Notes under the pieces: generated by a model
Told to the model about the DNA's origin: nothing
The model's input: the letters and a program-made list of their open reading frames with translations, nothing else
Database searches by the model: none
Translations under genes and position numbers: made by a program
DNA from: Rickettsiales bacterium
GTDB taxonomy: Bacteria; Pseudomonadota; Alphaproteobacteria; Rickettsiales; UBA3002
DNA length: 64,000 nucleotides
Direction of reading: 5' to 3'
Assembly (NCBI GenBank): GCA_044239745.1
Contig: JBIIAV010000002.1
Location: forward strand, 12,583 to 76,582
Shown here: positions 39,791-48,589 of the stretch, piece after piece
Position numbering within the stretch: the stretch's first letter is position 1
Layout: each line of letters opens with the position of its first letter

Positions 39791-39825
39791 TATTCGTATG
39801 GCGCGAGTCCCTCGCACCCAGACGC

Positions 39826-40608
39826 TTACAGTAATGCCAAAATCGCAGCACCGAGCGCAATGCGGTACCATGCGAACAGCGCAAAGCCATGCGTCTGCAC
39901 GAAACGCACCACCCACCGCACTACCAGCAGCGCAACAATAAATGCCGAAAGAAATCCAACCGCGATCAACTCCATGCCTTGCGTATCGAGCGTGCCGCGA
40001 TTCTTGTAAAGGTCGTAGACCGTCGCTGCCAGCATGGTCGGCACCGCAAGGAAGAAGGAGAATTCCGCGGCGGCCTTGCGTTCCACTTTCAGCATCAGCG
40101 CGCCCATGATGGTGGCACCCGATCGCGACACGCCGGGAATCATCGCAATGCATTGAATGAAGCCGATGGTGAGCGCCGTTTTCCAGCCCATATCCTCGGT
40201 GGCGGTAATGCTCGGTGCGGGCTTGTATTTCTCGATCAGCAGTATGGCCACGCCGCCCAGCATCAGCGCCCATGCCACCACGGTCGGGTTAAATAAGGCG
40301 GCCTTGATGGTCTCATGCGCCACCACGCCGATGGCCATCGCCGGCAGGAATGCGAGCAGGATATTGCGCACAAAATACTGCGAGGTAGGCGACCGTAGCG
40401 TGGTCAGAACCGTCCAGAATTTGCGCCAATAAAGCGCCATAATGGCAAGGATAGCGCCGAACTGAATCGCTACCTCGAACACCCGTCCCGGCGGGCCTTG
40501 AAACTTTAATAGATCGACGAACAGGATGAGGTGGCCGGTGGACGAGATCGGCAAGAATTCGGTCAACCCCTCGATGATGCCAAGCAGTGCTGCGTTCAGA
40601 TATTCCAT
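39826..40608 (-). CDS. uppP: undecaprenyl-diphosphate phosphatase
   Basis: 260 aa. GIIEGLTEFLPISSTGHL and PGVSRSGATI motifs. Confidence 0.95.
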   Translation of the reverse strand: MEYLNAALLGIIEGLTEFLPISSTGHLILFVDLLKFQGPPGRVFEVAIQFGAILAIMALYWRKFWTVLTTLRSPTSQYFVRNILLAFLPAMAIGVVAHETIKAALFNPTVVAWALMLGGVAILLIEKYKPAPSITATEDMGWKTALTIGFIQCIAMIPGVSRSGATIMGALMLKVERKAAAEFSFFLAVPTMLAATVYDLYKNRGTLDTQGMELIAVGFLSAFIVALLVVRWVVRFVQTHGFALFAWYRIALGAAILALL

Positions 40609-40753
40609 GACTTACTTTCTTCCTTCACCGACGAAGTCGGACACTAGAAGAGTGGGTCGGATGCTCGGCGCTGGCGCTCCGAAAAACCGCAGCGTAGCAT
40701 CGCTACGTGAGGATTTGACGGAGTGACGGCAACAACGCAGACGATCCGCTATG

Positions 40754-41521
40754 CTAGTGTAAATTGCTCCAGACGCGTTTTTTGACGAGGTAGAAGAAGG
40801 TCGTCATGATCCCCAAAAACAGCATCACATGCACGCCCATGGACTTGCGCTCTTCCATTTCCGGCTCCGCCGCCCATTGCAGGAAATTCACCACGTCATG
40901 CGCCTGTTGGTCGATGGTGGCTTTGGTGCCGTCCTGATAGGTCACGCCCTCTTCCACCAATGGCCCCGCCATCTTGATGATGCCGCCGTCCATGTAGGGG
41001 TTGTAATGCGTTCCTTCGGGCACGCTCATGCCTTCCGGCGGTGTCTGGCCGTAGCCGGTGAGCAGCGAGTAGACGTAGTTCGCCCCGTCATGCCGCGCCT
41101 TGACGATGAGGCTCAAATCCAGCGGATAGGCACCGTTGTTGGCCGCACGCGAGGCTTTCTCGTTGGGGTACGGGCTTGGCAAATAATCCGACAGGCGGCC
41201 GGGGCGCTCGAACATTTCACCGTCGTCGTTCGGGCCGTCCTTGACACTGTAAGTGGCGGCAAGCGACTTTAGCTCCGCGTCCGAGAAGCCGACCGATTCT
41301 AGCTGCCGGAATGACACGCGCTTCATGGCATGGCAGGCCGAGCAGACTTCCTTGTACACCTGAAAGCCACGCTGGATCGAGGGCTTATCGACACGGCCGA
41401 GCACGCCGTCGAAGCTCCAGTCCATTTGCTTAGGGTGTGTTTGGCTGCCGCCGGCAGCAAGGGCAGGCATGGCGACCGTTGCCATCAATGCCGCGCAGAA
41501 AAAACGTGATAAACGATGCAT
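40754..41521 (-). CDS. petC: cytochrome c1 of the bc1 complex
   Basis: From ATG 41521: signal peptide MHRLSRFFCAALMATVAMPALAAGG, heme motif CSACH, C-terminal TM anchor. The longer track ORF overlaps petB and was trimmed. Confidence 0.93.
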   Translation of the reverse strand: MHRLSRFFCAALMATVAMPALAAGGSQTHPKQMDWSFDGVLGRVDKPSIQRGFQVYKEVCSACHAMKRVSFRQLESVGFSDAELKSLAATYSVKDGPNDDGEMFERPGRLSDYLPSPYPNEKASRAANNGAYPLDLSLIVKARHDGANYVYSLLTGYGQTPPEGMSVPEGTHYNPYMDGGIIKMAGPLVEEGVTYQDGTKATIDQQAHDVVNFLQWAAEPEMEERKSMGVHVMLFLGIMTTFFYLVKKRVWSNLH

Positions 41522-41532
41522 GGCAAACGCTC

Positions 41533-42981
41533 CTAGTGGTGGGCAGTGGATGCGGTGACCGCAGCCGTGATGGATGCAGGTAGCGGGCGCGGTTTCTCGA
41601 TGCGGCCGACGATGGGCAGCACCACCAAGAAATGCGCGAAGTAGTAGCCGGTGCACAGCAACGAAAGCAGCGGGAAGATGCCTTCCGGCGGCTTGCTGCC
41701 GCAATAGCCGAGGATTACAGCGTTGATGGCGAACAGCCAGAAGAACCAACGATAGATCGGGCGGTAATTGCTCGAGCGCACGGGGCTGGTATCCAGCCAC
41801 GGCAACGCGAACAGGATGAGAATGGCGCCGAACATGGCGAGCACCCCACCGAGCTTCGACTCAATCACTGCGCCTGCAAAGCCTGTCACCGTCAGCACGG
41901 TCGCAAGCGTGAGCATCGACGCGATACACATCACGCCGCATGGTTTCTTGGGCAGGAACGAAGCCAGCGCCCCCAGAATGCCGTTGGTGCCAAGCAGTGC
42001 GCGCACCAGCGTCGCGTAGCGCAGCACCGCGGTCAGCCCGAACAGGCCAAGGCCTAAAATCCATAGCGGGATATCAAACGTGATGGCGCGCAGGATCGCG
42101 TAGAACGGCAGGAAATACCATTCCGGCACGATGTGCTTGGGCGTCACCAGCGGGTCAGCGGGGATGTAGTTATCGGGGTGGCCGAGATAGTTCGGCGCGA
42201 AGAACACGAATGCCGCGAACACCAAGAAGAACACCCCGAACCCGAAGAAATCTTTCGAGGTATAATACGGGTGGAACGGAATTTGGTCCTGCGGGCCCTT
42301 CACATCGATACCCGTCGGGTTGTTGCTGCCATGTTGGTGCAGCGCCATCAAATGCATCATCACCACGCCGACCAGCACGAACGGCATCAGAAAATGCAGC
42401 GCAAAGAAGCGGTTCAGCGTCGGGTTATCGACCGAGAAGCCGCCCCACAACCACGCCACGATATCCTCGCCCACCAGCGGGAAGGCCGAGAACAGGTTGG
42501 TGATCACCGTCGCGCCCCAGAAGCTCATCTGGCCCCATGGCAGCACATAGCCCATGAACGCCGTCGCCATCATCAGCAGCAAAATAATGATGCCAAGGAA
42601 CCATAGCAGTTCGCGTGGCCGCTTGTAGGAGCCGAAATACAGCCCGCGCGCGATATGGATGTAGGTGACGATGAAGAACATGCTGGCGCCCACCGCATGC
42701 ATGTAGCGAATGAGCCAACCGTAATTGACGTTACGCATAATCTGCTCGACCGAATCGAACGCGAGCGCGGTGGAGGCGGCATAGTGCATGGCAAGGAACA
42801 GGCCGGTCAGGATCTGGCTGACGAGCATGACGCCCGCAAGCGAGCCGAAGTTCCAGAAATAGTTCAGGTTGCGCGGCGTCGGGTACTGAACCAGCGAGTT
42901 GTTCAGCATCGAGAAAATCGGCAGACGATATTCGATCCAACCGACGATACCGGGTTTTTCTTCCTGTGGTGCGTGGGCCAT
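41533..42981 (-). CDS. petB: cytochrome b of the bc1 complex (with an unusually long hydrophobic insertion after the PEWYFL motif)
   Basis: 482 aa. His ligands in the [13 protein letters not shown] and [20 protein letters not shown] contexts. [13 protein letters not shown] motif. Confidence 0.94.
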   Translation of the reverse strand: MAHAPQEEKPGIVGWIEYRLPIFSMLNNSLVQYPTPRNLNYFWNFGSLAGVMLVSQILTGLFLAMHYAASTALAFDSVEQIMRNVNYGWLIRYMHAVGASMFFIVTYIHIARGLYFGSYKRPRELLWFLGIIILLLMMATAFMGYVLPWGQMSFWGATVITNLFSAFPLVGEDIVAWLWGGFSVDNPTLNRFFALHFLMPFVLVGVVMMHLMALHQHGSNNPTGIDVKGPQDQIPFHPYYTSKDFFGFGVFFLVFAAFVFFAPNYLGHPDNYIPADPLVTPKHIVPEWYFLPFYAILRAITFDIPLWILGLGLFGLTAVLRYATLVRALLGTNGILGALASFLPKKPCGVMCIASMLTLATVLTVTGFAGAVIESKLGGVLAMFGAILILFALPWLDTSPVRSSNYRPIYRWFFWLFAINAVILGYCGSKPPEGIFPLLSLLCTGYYFAHFLVVLPIVGRIEKPRPLPASITAAVTASTAHH

Positions 42982-43427
42982 TAGCTTACCCCTTTTCCTT
43001 TGTTATCGATCATTCCTACGCTTCTGGCGGTATGCAAAATTTGATTTTTCAATTCGCCGATTTCGGTCGATTCCGTGTTGACGATGGTGAGCATCTGCTT
43101 CACGACGCTTTTAAGTCCCTCGCGGGTCGCTTTCGGCATATCCCTATCCTTCTCTGAAGCCGTCAGCACATGCATGATCGCGGCACAGAGGTAGTGCGGG
43201 TCTTTTGCATCGGCGTCACCGACTGCGTTGAACGCATCTAAACCCCAACTGCTCATGCCATAGCCTTCGCGCAAGCCGCCGGTTCTCGCCCCGCCCGACA
43301 GTACATGGCTGGCCACGGCGCGCATTTGTATCACTACGTCCGAACGTTTGAATAGCGCTTCAAGCCGCAGCTTGAGAGTCACATCGACCGGCGCAGAATA
43401 CAGATTGGGTGAGAAGGCAATGGTCAC
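42981..43427 (-). CDS. hypothetical 148-aa soluble protein inserted between petA and petB
   Basis: Intact ORF filling the whole petA-petB gap. GTG start 3 nt after the petA stop. Its TAA overlaps the petB ATG (TAATG). Visibly AT-richer than its neighbours. No TM segments or known motifs recognised, and only a weak ribosome-binding site. Confidence 0.5.
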   Translation of the reverse strand: MTIAFSPNLYSAPVDVTLKLRLEALFKRSDVVIQMRAVASHVLSGGARTGGLREGYGMSSWGLDAFNAVGDADAKDPHYLCAAIMHVLTASEKDRDMPKATREGLKSVVKQMLTIVNTESTEIGELKNQILHTARSVGMIDNKGKGVS

Positions 43428-43430
43428 GAT

Positions 43431-43970
43431 CTATCCAATTTTCACTTTGGTGTCCGTCATAAATTCATAGGGCGGTATCATCAAATTCGTAGGCGCGGGG
43501 CCTTTGCGGATGCGCCCCGAGGAATCGTAGTGCGAGCCATGGCACGGGCAGAACCAGCCGTCGTAATCGCCGCCGCCGGAGCCGATCGGCACGCAGCCCA
43601 AATGGGTGCAAACGCCCACCATCACCAGCCATTTTTCCTTGCCCACCTTCACGCGCGCCGTGTCCGTCTCGGGGTCGCGCAGCTCGGCAATATTCACTGC
43701 ATTCGCCTCATCGATATTTTTGGCCGTGCGGTGGCGAATGAACACCGGCTTACCGCGCCACATCACCTTAATTTCCTGCCCCTCAGCGATCGCGCCGATA
43801 TCCACTTCGGTGCTCGAAAGCGCCAACACGTCCGCGCTGGGGTTCATGCTGTCGATGAACGGCCAGATCAGCGCCGCAGCACCAAGGCCGCCCATGGCCT
43901 GTGCGCTGAGCACCAAAAAGTCGCGGCGGGGGGGGTTGTCGGGGTTGGTGTTCGCGTGGTCGGCGCTCAT
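43431..43970 (-). CDS. petA: ubiquinol-cytochrome c reductase Rieske iron-sulfur subunit
   Basis: Tat signal RRDFL. 2Fe-2S boxes CTHLGC and CPCHGS. GAGGA ribosome-binding site. Confidence 0.95.
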   Translation of the reverse strand: MSADHANTNPDNPPRRDFLVLSAQAMGGLGAAALIWPFIDSMNPSADVLALSSTEVDIGAIAEGQEIKVMWRGKPVFIRHRTAKNIDEANAVNIAELRDPETDTARVKVGKEKWLVMVGVCTHLGCVPIGSGGGDYDGWFCPCHGSHYDSSGRIRKGPAPTNLMIPPYEFMTDTKVKIG

Positions 43971-44138
43971 ACATCCTCAGGGCTAAAACGATTGCTTTTC
44001 ACGTCTGCTACTAGGGGTAGCAAGGCCTGTCAAGTTACGAGGCGGGCGAACGGTGGATAGGGCATGGTGAATAGTGGCGTGCTGACGCGTTTGTGATACA
44101 ACCGGCGGCATCGCGTTTCCCTCCACGGCCGGCATCCC

Positions 44139-44672
44139 ATGCTCAATCTCGTCCTCTATCAACCGGATATTCCCCAAAATCTAGGGGCTTGCCTGCGGCT
44201 TTGCGCATGCATGGGCGCCACGGTGCACATCATCGAGCCCTGCGGCTTTGTGCTGGATGATACCAAAATTCGTCGCGCCGGCATGGATTATATGCATAAA
44301 GTCAACTATGTCCGCCATCTCGATTGGCAGGCCTTTCTAAACTATCGCCATGCAGCGGATGAAGCCCGCGTAGCCTCCCATGGCGAGCCGCGTGCGGAGG
44401 GGGGAAGCAAAGCGAGGGGGGCGATGCCCCCTTCACGATTACTCCTACTCGAGACGGATGGCGCCACCCCCTACACCGAGATTTCCTACCAACCCACCGA
44501 TTACATCGTCTTTGGCCGCGAATCGGCCGGCACGCCGGCAGCGCTCTATGCGCAGATGGACACCACCCTCACCATCCCGATGGTGGCGGGCATGCGCTCC
44601 TTGAATGTCGCGATGAGCGCTGGCATGGTGGTCGCCGAAGCCTGCCGCCAAATGAATTGGAAATTTGCATGA
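44139..44672 (+). CDS. trmL: tRNA (cytidine/uridine-2'-O)-methyltransferase TrmL (SpoU/TrmH family)
   Basis: MLNLVLYQPDIPQNLGACLRLCA..., FGRESAGTP, IPM..GMRSLNVAMSAGMV. Roughly 24 aa longer than canonical because of the repeat insertion. Confidence 0.9.
   Translation: MLNLVLYQPDIPQNLGACLRLCACMGATVHIIEPCGFVLDDTKIRRAGMDYMHKVNYVRHLDWQAFLNYRHAADEARVASHGEPRAEGGSKARGAMPPSRLLLLETDGATPYTEISYQPTDYIVFGRESAGTPAALYAQMDTTLTIPMVAGMRSLNVAMSAGMVVAEACRQMNWKFA
44367..44434 (+). repeat. palindromic-element copy inserted in-frame in trmL
   Basis: CGCGTAGCCTCCCATGGCGAGCCGCGTGCGGAGGGGGGAAGCAAAGCGAGGGGGGCGATGCCCCCTTC. It encodes ARVASHGEPRAEGGSKARGAMPPS. Confidence 0.75.
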
Positions 44673-45766
44673 GCCTTGACGAGAAAAAAGCCACCGCCGC
44701 CGCATGGTTTCGCACCCTGCGCGACGATATCTGCGCCAAATTCGAGACGATCGAGGCGGAATACGCCGCCGCACATCCCGTAGCGGATTCGAGCATGCGT
44801 AGCGCGGATGGCCCGCGCGAGCCGGAGGCCGTTAGGCCGAACGATGGGGGGCCGGTAGGCGGGGGCGACTTCGCCCCCCGTGGCGAAGCCACCGCACGCT
44901 TCATACGTACTCCGTGGCAGCGCGACGGTGGCGGCAGCGGCGAGATGTCGATCATGAAAGGCCGCGTGTTCGAGAAGGTCGGCGTCAATATCTCGGTCGT
45001 TCAAGGCACATTTTCAGAGCAGTTCCGCCACGAGATCCCTGGTGCTAGCGAGGACCCGAATTTCTGGGCGGCGGGCATTTCGCTCGTCGCGCACATGGCA
45101 TCGCCCCTCGTGCCGGCGGCACATATGAACACCCGCATGATCGCGGTGGGCGAGCGCCCTACCCGCCTGTGGTTCGGCGGCGGCGGCGACCTCAACCCCA
45201 TGGTCGAGAATTCGCAGGACACCGCCGATTTCCACGCCGCCTTCAAAGCCGCCTGCGATGGGCTGAATACCGCAGCACATGCGAGCAGCGAGCCATCCAG
45301 CAACTACTACGACGCCTTCAAGCAATGGTGCGACGAATATTTCTTCATCCCCCACCGCAACGAGGCGCGCGGCGTCGGCGGCATTTTCTACGATTATCTC
45401 GGCCTCAACCGCTTCGGGGCGGATACCGCGCCCGTCACCTCCGGCCGCTTCGGCAAGGGCGGGGTCACCGCCGCGGCGACCGCTCACGGCATGCAGCTTG
45501 CCGCCAACGCCGCCATCGACTGGGGGCAAGGGCTTGCCTTCACGCAACAGGTCGGGCGGGCGTTCGCTTCCATCTACCCAGCCCTCATCCGCCGCCATAT
45601 GTTCGAGCCATGGACCGAGGCCGAGCGTCACCACCAACTCGTTAAGCGCGGGCGCTATGCCGAGTATAATTTGCTGTACGATCGTGGCACCCGCTTCGGC
45701 CTGATGACGGGTGGCAACACCGAAGCGATTTTAATGTCGCTGCCGCCCGTGGCTATTTGGGAATAG
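44669..45766 (+). CDS. hemF: oxygen-dependent coproporphyrinogen III oxidase
   Basis: From ATG 44669 (ATGA overlap with the trmL stop). Motifs WQRDGGG, H.NTR, WFGGGGDL, HRNEARGVGGIF, RGRY.E.NL.YDRGT.FGL and PP...W. Roughly 65 aa longer than the E. coli enzyme. Confidence 0.92.
   Translation: MSLDEKKATAAAWFRTLRDDICAKFETIEAEYAAAHPVADSSMRSADGPREPEAVRPNDGGPVGGGDFAPRGEATARFIRTPWQRDGGGSGEMSIMKGRVFEKVGVNISVVQGTFSEQFRHEIPGASEDPNFWAAGISLVAHMASPLVPAAHMNTRMIAVGERPTRLWFGGGGDLNPMVENSQDTADFHAAFKAACDGLNTAAHASSEPSSNYYDAFKQWCDEYFFIPHRNEARGVGGIFYDYLGLNRFGADTAPVTSGRFGKGGVTAAATAHGMQLAANAAIDWGQGLAFTQQVGRAFASIYPALIRRHMFEPWTEAERHHQLVKRGRYAEYNLLYDRGTRFGLMTGGNTEAILMSLPPVAIWE
44795..44890 (+). repeat. palindromic-element copy inserted in-frame near the hemF N-terminus
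   Basis: ATGCGTAGCGCGGATGGCCCGCGCGAGCCGGAGGCC...GGGGGCGACTTCGCCCCC...GGCGAAGCC. It encodes MRSADGPREPEAVRPNDGGPVGGGDFAPRGEA. Confidence 0.7.
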
Positions 45767-45771
45767 TTTTT

Positions 45772-45806
45772 GCCGCGGCTTCGCCGCAGGGGGCGATGCC
45801 CCTTCA
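45772..45806. repeat. short element fragment / hairpin between convergent hemF and ampG
   Basis: GCCGCGGCTTCGCCGCAGGGGGC-GAT-GCCCCTTCAG. Likely also acts as a bidirectional terminator. Confidence 0.55.
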
Positions 45807-45816
45807 GTATCTATAT

Positions 45817-47055
45817 CTAAATCGGCTTGCGTCGCTCGATCCAACGCAGCAGCAACAGCGCGGGGATCGCCATCAAGCTCGAGATCGCGAAGAATATCTC
45901 CCAGCCCACCGCCACCGAAAGCGCACCTGAAGGGGTCGAAAGCCATGTGCGACCGAATGCCGCGAGCGACGATAACAACGCGTATTGTGTCGCCGTGTAG
46001 TTGACGCGGCACAGCGCACTGAGGTACGCGATGAACGCCGCCGTGCTCATGCCACCGCTGAAATTCTCCAAGCTGATGCTGAGGATAAGGAAATGCAGAT
46101 CGGCACCGAGTTTCGCCTGCACCACCAACAGCAAGTTGGTCAGCATATGGCCAAACCCGCACAGGATGAGCGAGCGATACATACCGATGCGCGTCACCAC
46201 CCAGCCGCCGGCGAACGTCCCCAGAATGGTCGCGAACAATCCATAGACCTTCACCACCTGCGCGATTTCCGTCTTGGTGAAACCGATATCGAGCAGGAAC
46301 GGGTTGAACATCACGCCCATGAAGGCATCGCCCAGCTTATACAGTACCACGAACGCCAGCACCGCCAACCACAAGGGGCGCGTCATGAAATCACGGAACG
46401 GTGCCACCACGTAATTGCGCAAAAACGGCATCATACCGCCGGCTTTTTCGCGCAGTACCGGCACCACCTGCGGCTCGCGCATGGCAAGCGTCAGCAGGCA
46501 TGCCGAAGCCATCACACCCGCCATGATGAAATAGGTCATCCGCCAGCCGACATGATCGGCGAGATAAAGCGCCCCCGCGCCCGACACCAACATGCCGATG
46601 CGGTAGCCGAACGTCGCCCATGCGGCGCCGGTGCCTTGTTCCTCAACGGGCAATCGCTCCACGCGGTAGGCATCGATCACCGTGTCCTGCGTCGCCGAAA
46701 GCGCGGCGATGACGACACCCACCAGCGCCGTCATCCAAGGGTTGATAGCGGGGTTGGTGAAGGCCATGCCCAAAATGGCCAGCGCCAGCAGCGCCTGCGT
46801 TAGCAGCAGCCAACCACGCCTACGGCCAAGCCATGCGCTAAGCAACGGTAGGCGCAGCCCATCGAGCAGCGGCGCCCACAGAAATTTCAAGGCATAAGGG
46901 GTCGCGATCGCCGCGAACAGGCCGATGCTGGCGCGCGCCACTTTCGCGTCTGCCAGCCACGCGGTCAGGGTGCCCGCCGTCAACGCCAGCGGCAACCCAC
47001 TGAAGAATCCCAGCAGGCCGATCAATACCCAACGCGAGGTGATGGTGATGCGCAT
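45817..47055 (-). CDS. ampG: muropeptide permease AmpG (MFS)
   Basis: 412 aa. 12+ TM MFS protein. N-terminus ...GFFSGLPLALTAGTLTAWL and the PLLD...GRRRGW loop are typical of AmpG. Confidence 0.85.
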   Translation of the reverse strand: MRITITSRWVLIGLLGFFSGLPLALTAGTLTAWLADAKVARASIGLFAAIATPYALKFLWAPLLDGLRLPLLSAWLGRRRGWLLLTQALLALAILGMAFTNPAINPWMTALVGVVIAALSATQDTVIDAYRVERLPVEEQGTGAAWATFGYRIGMLVSGAGALYLADHVGWRMTYFIMAGVMASACLLTLAMREPQVVPVLREKAGGMMPFLRNYVVAPFRDFMTRPLWLAVLAFVVLYKLGDAFMGVMFNPFLLDIGFTKTEIAQVVKVYGLFATILGTFAGGWVVTRIGMYRSLILCGFGHMLTNLLLVVQAKLGADLHFLILSISLENFSGGMSTAAFIAYLSALCRVNYTATQYALLSSLAAFGRTWLSTPSGALSVAVGWEIFFAISSLMAIPALLLLRWIERRKPI

Positions 47056-47099
47056 CGTCCATGCTTAGCGCATGGGGCGGTGTTCGCAACACAGAAAAT

Positions 47100-47336
47100 T
47101 TAGCGCGAAAGCGGCTCGAATAGTGGCCGCCCCGTATCATAGCGCACGATCGCAAGAACCACCGTGAAGGTGAGGATACCCGCCATCAAGAACGCGAACA
47201 TGGCACCGTTGGCATCGGTCGGCAACATCGCGAGGCCTTGATTGAGCGCGCTGCGAGCCACCAATGCTGCAAGAATGCCGAAGGCCATTTTGCCATCGCG
47301 CGATGTCGGGATGTTCTTGATCGTTTCGTAGTTCAT
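47100..47336 (-). CDS. small two-TM membrane protein, unknown function
   Basis: 78 aa. GAGGA ribosome-binding site. Two hydrophobic segments. Directly upstream of ampG on the same strand. Confidence 0.45.
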   Translation of the reverse strand: MNYETIKNIPTSRDGKMAFGILAALVARSALNQGLAMLPTDANGAMFAFLMAGILTFTVVLAIVRYDTGRPLFEPLSR

Positions 47337-47457
47337 GGTCGTCCTCGCCGTCGTTTAAGCCGCAGATACCCTATCGTTGCGGGGGAACATTCTTACGATA
47401 GCCTTCGCATATAAGCAAGTGCTTATTGCACCGCAATACGCAAAAATCGTGTGCGCC

Positions 47458-47579
47458 GATTCAGGATGGTTTTAGAGCGAAAATGGTGTTTTGCGAGCAC
47501 CGCAGCGTAAGCGTACATTTAAGTACGTGCGCAGCGGAGCGCAGCACAACGCCTTTTGCAGCCTAAAAACGCCTGAATC
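47458..47579. repeat. 122-bp imperfect palindrome (MITE/REP-like) immediately 3' of the kinase gene
   Basis: Termini GATTCAGG.../...CCTGAATC. The arms pair over most of their length, with mismatches and small bulges, by hand alignment. Central hairpin CCGCAGCGTAAGCGTAC-ATTTAA-GTACGTGCGCAGCGG. Confidence 0.8.
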
Positions 47580-47583
47580 AAGC

Positions 47584-48576
47584 TCACGCGGCAAGCAAGC
47601 GTTTCAGCGGCTTTTGTGCCCGTGCGCCCAAATGGGTGATGATATCGCCGGCGCAGGCCGAGCCCAGTCTTCCACACTCCATCAGCGGCAGACCCTTGGT
47701 GTAGCCGAACAGGAATCCGGCGGCGTACAGGTCGCCCGCACCGGTGGTATCGACCACCTCATGCACCGGCGCCGCGTTGATCTGGATGCGCTCCTTCGCT
47801 GTCAGAATGATGGAGCCCTTCGCGCCGCAGGTCACCGCCACCACTTCGCATTTGCCTTGCAGCGTATCGAGGATCTCCTCGAAGCTCTTGCCAGGATAGA
47901 GCGCTTGCGCCTCCTCCTTGTTGCAGAACAAAATATCGAAATCCTCGTCGATCATTTTCAAATAATCCTCGCGCGAACGCTCGACGCAGAACACGTCGGA
48001 AAGCGTGAAGGCAATTTTGCTGCCCGCAGCGCGCGCGGCCGCGAACGCATGGCGCAGCGCGGCTTTGGTGCAGTCCATGTCCCACATATAGCCTTCGCCG
48101 TAGAACACTTTCGCCTTGGCGATGAGCGCGGTATCGACATCCTCTTTGTGGATCTCACCGGCAGCGCCGAGGAAGGTGTTCATGGTGCGCTGGCCGTCGG
48201 GCGTCACTGCAATCAGGCAGCGTGCGGTCGGGATGCCGTTGGTCGCGTCCGGCGTCTTGAATTCGACACCGATCGCGTTCATGTCATGACGGAAGATGCC
48301 GCCCAATTCATCGGCTTTCACTTTACCGATGAACGCCGTTTTCGAGCCCAGATCCGCCATGCCCGCCAGCGTGTTGGCGGCCGAACCGCCGGATACCCGC
48401 GCCGCCTGACCCATCGCGTTGTAAAGCTGCTCGGCGCGCTCGGCATTGATGAGCTGCATGGTGCCTTTGCGCATTTCCTGTGCCGCAATGAACGCATCGT
48501 CGCACGGGGCAAGCACATCGACGATGGCATTGCCGATAGCGACAACATCATAGGGTTTGGTCGGGTTCATGGTCAT
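47584..48576 (-). CDS. PfkB-family adenosine/carbohydrate kinase
   Basis: From ATG 48576: MTMNPTKPYDVVAIGNAIVDVL... C-terminal VDTTGAGDLYAAGF anion-hole motif. The upstream part of the track ORF overlaps kdsB and was trimmed. Confidence 0.85.
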   Translation of the reverse strand: MTMNPTKPYDVVAIGNAIVDVLAPCDDAFIAAQEMRKGTMQLINAERAEQLYNAMGQAARVSGGSAANTLAGMADLGSKTAFIGKVKADELGGIFRHDMNAIGVEFKTPDATNGIPTARCLIAVTPDGQRTMNTFLGAAGEIHKEDVDTALIAKAKVFYGEGYMWDMDCTKAALRHAFAAARAAGSKIAFTLSDVFCVERSREDYLKMIDEDFDILFCNKEEAQALYPGKSFEEILDTLQGKCEVVAVTCGAKGSIILTAKERIQINAAPVHEVVDTTGAGDLYAAGFLFGYTKGLPLMECGRLGSACAGDIITHLGARAQKPLKRLLAA

Positions 48577-48589
48577 GGGTCTCTCTCGT

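Noticed and set aside
39796-39812. TATGGCGCGAG...CTCGC between murJ and uppP as another element copy
   Set aside because: Only an 11-nt match to the family core plus a short GCGAG/CTCGC hairpin. This is too short to distinguish from chance, and it may simply be a terminator between convergent genes.
41522-41800. N-terminal extension of the cytochrome c1 ORF
   Set aside because: It overlaps the 3' end of petB. A proper signal peptide begins at the internal ATG at 41521.
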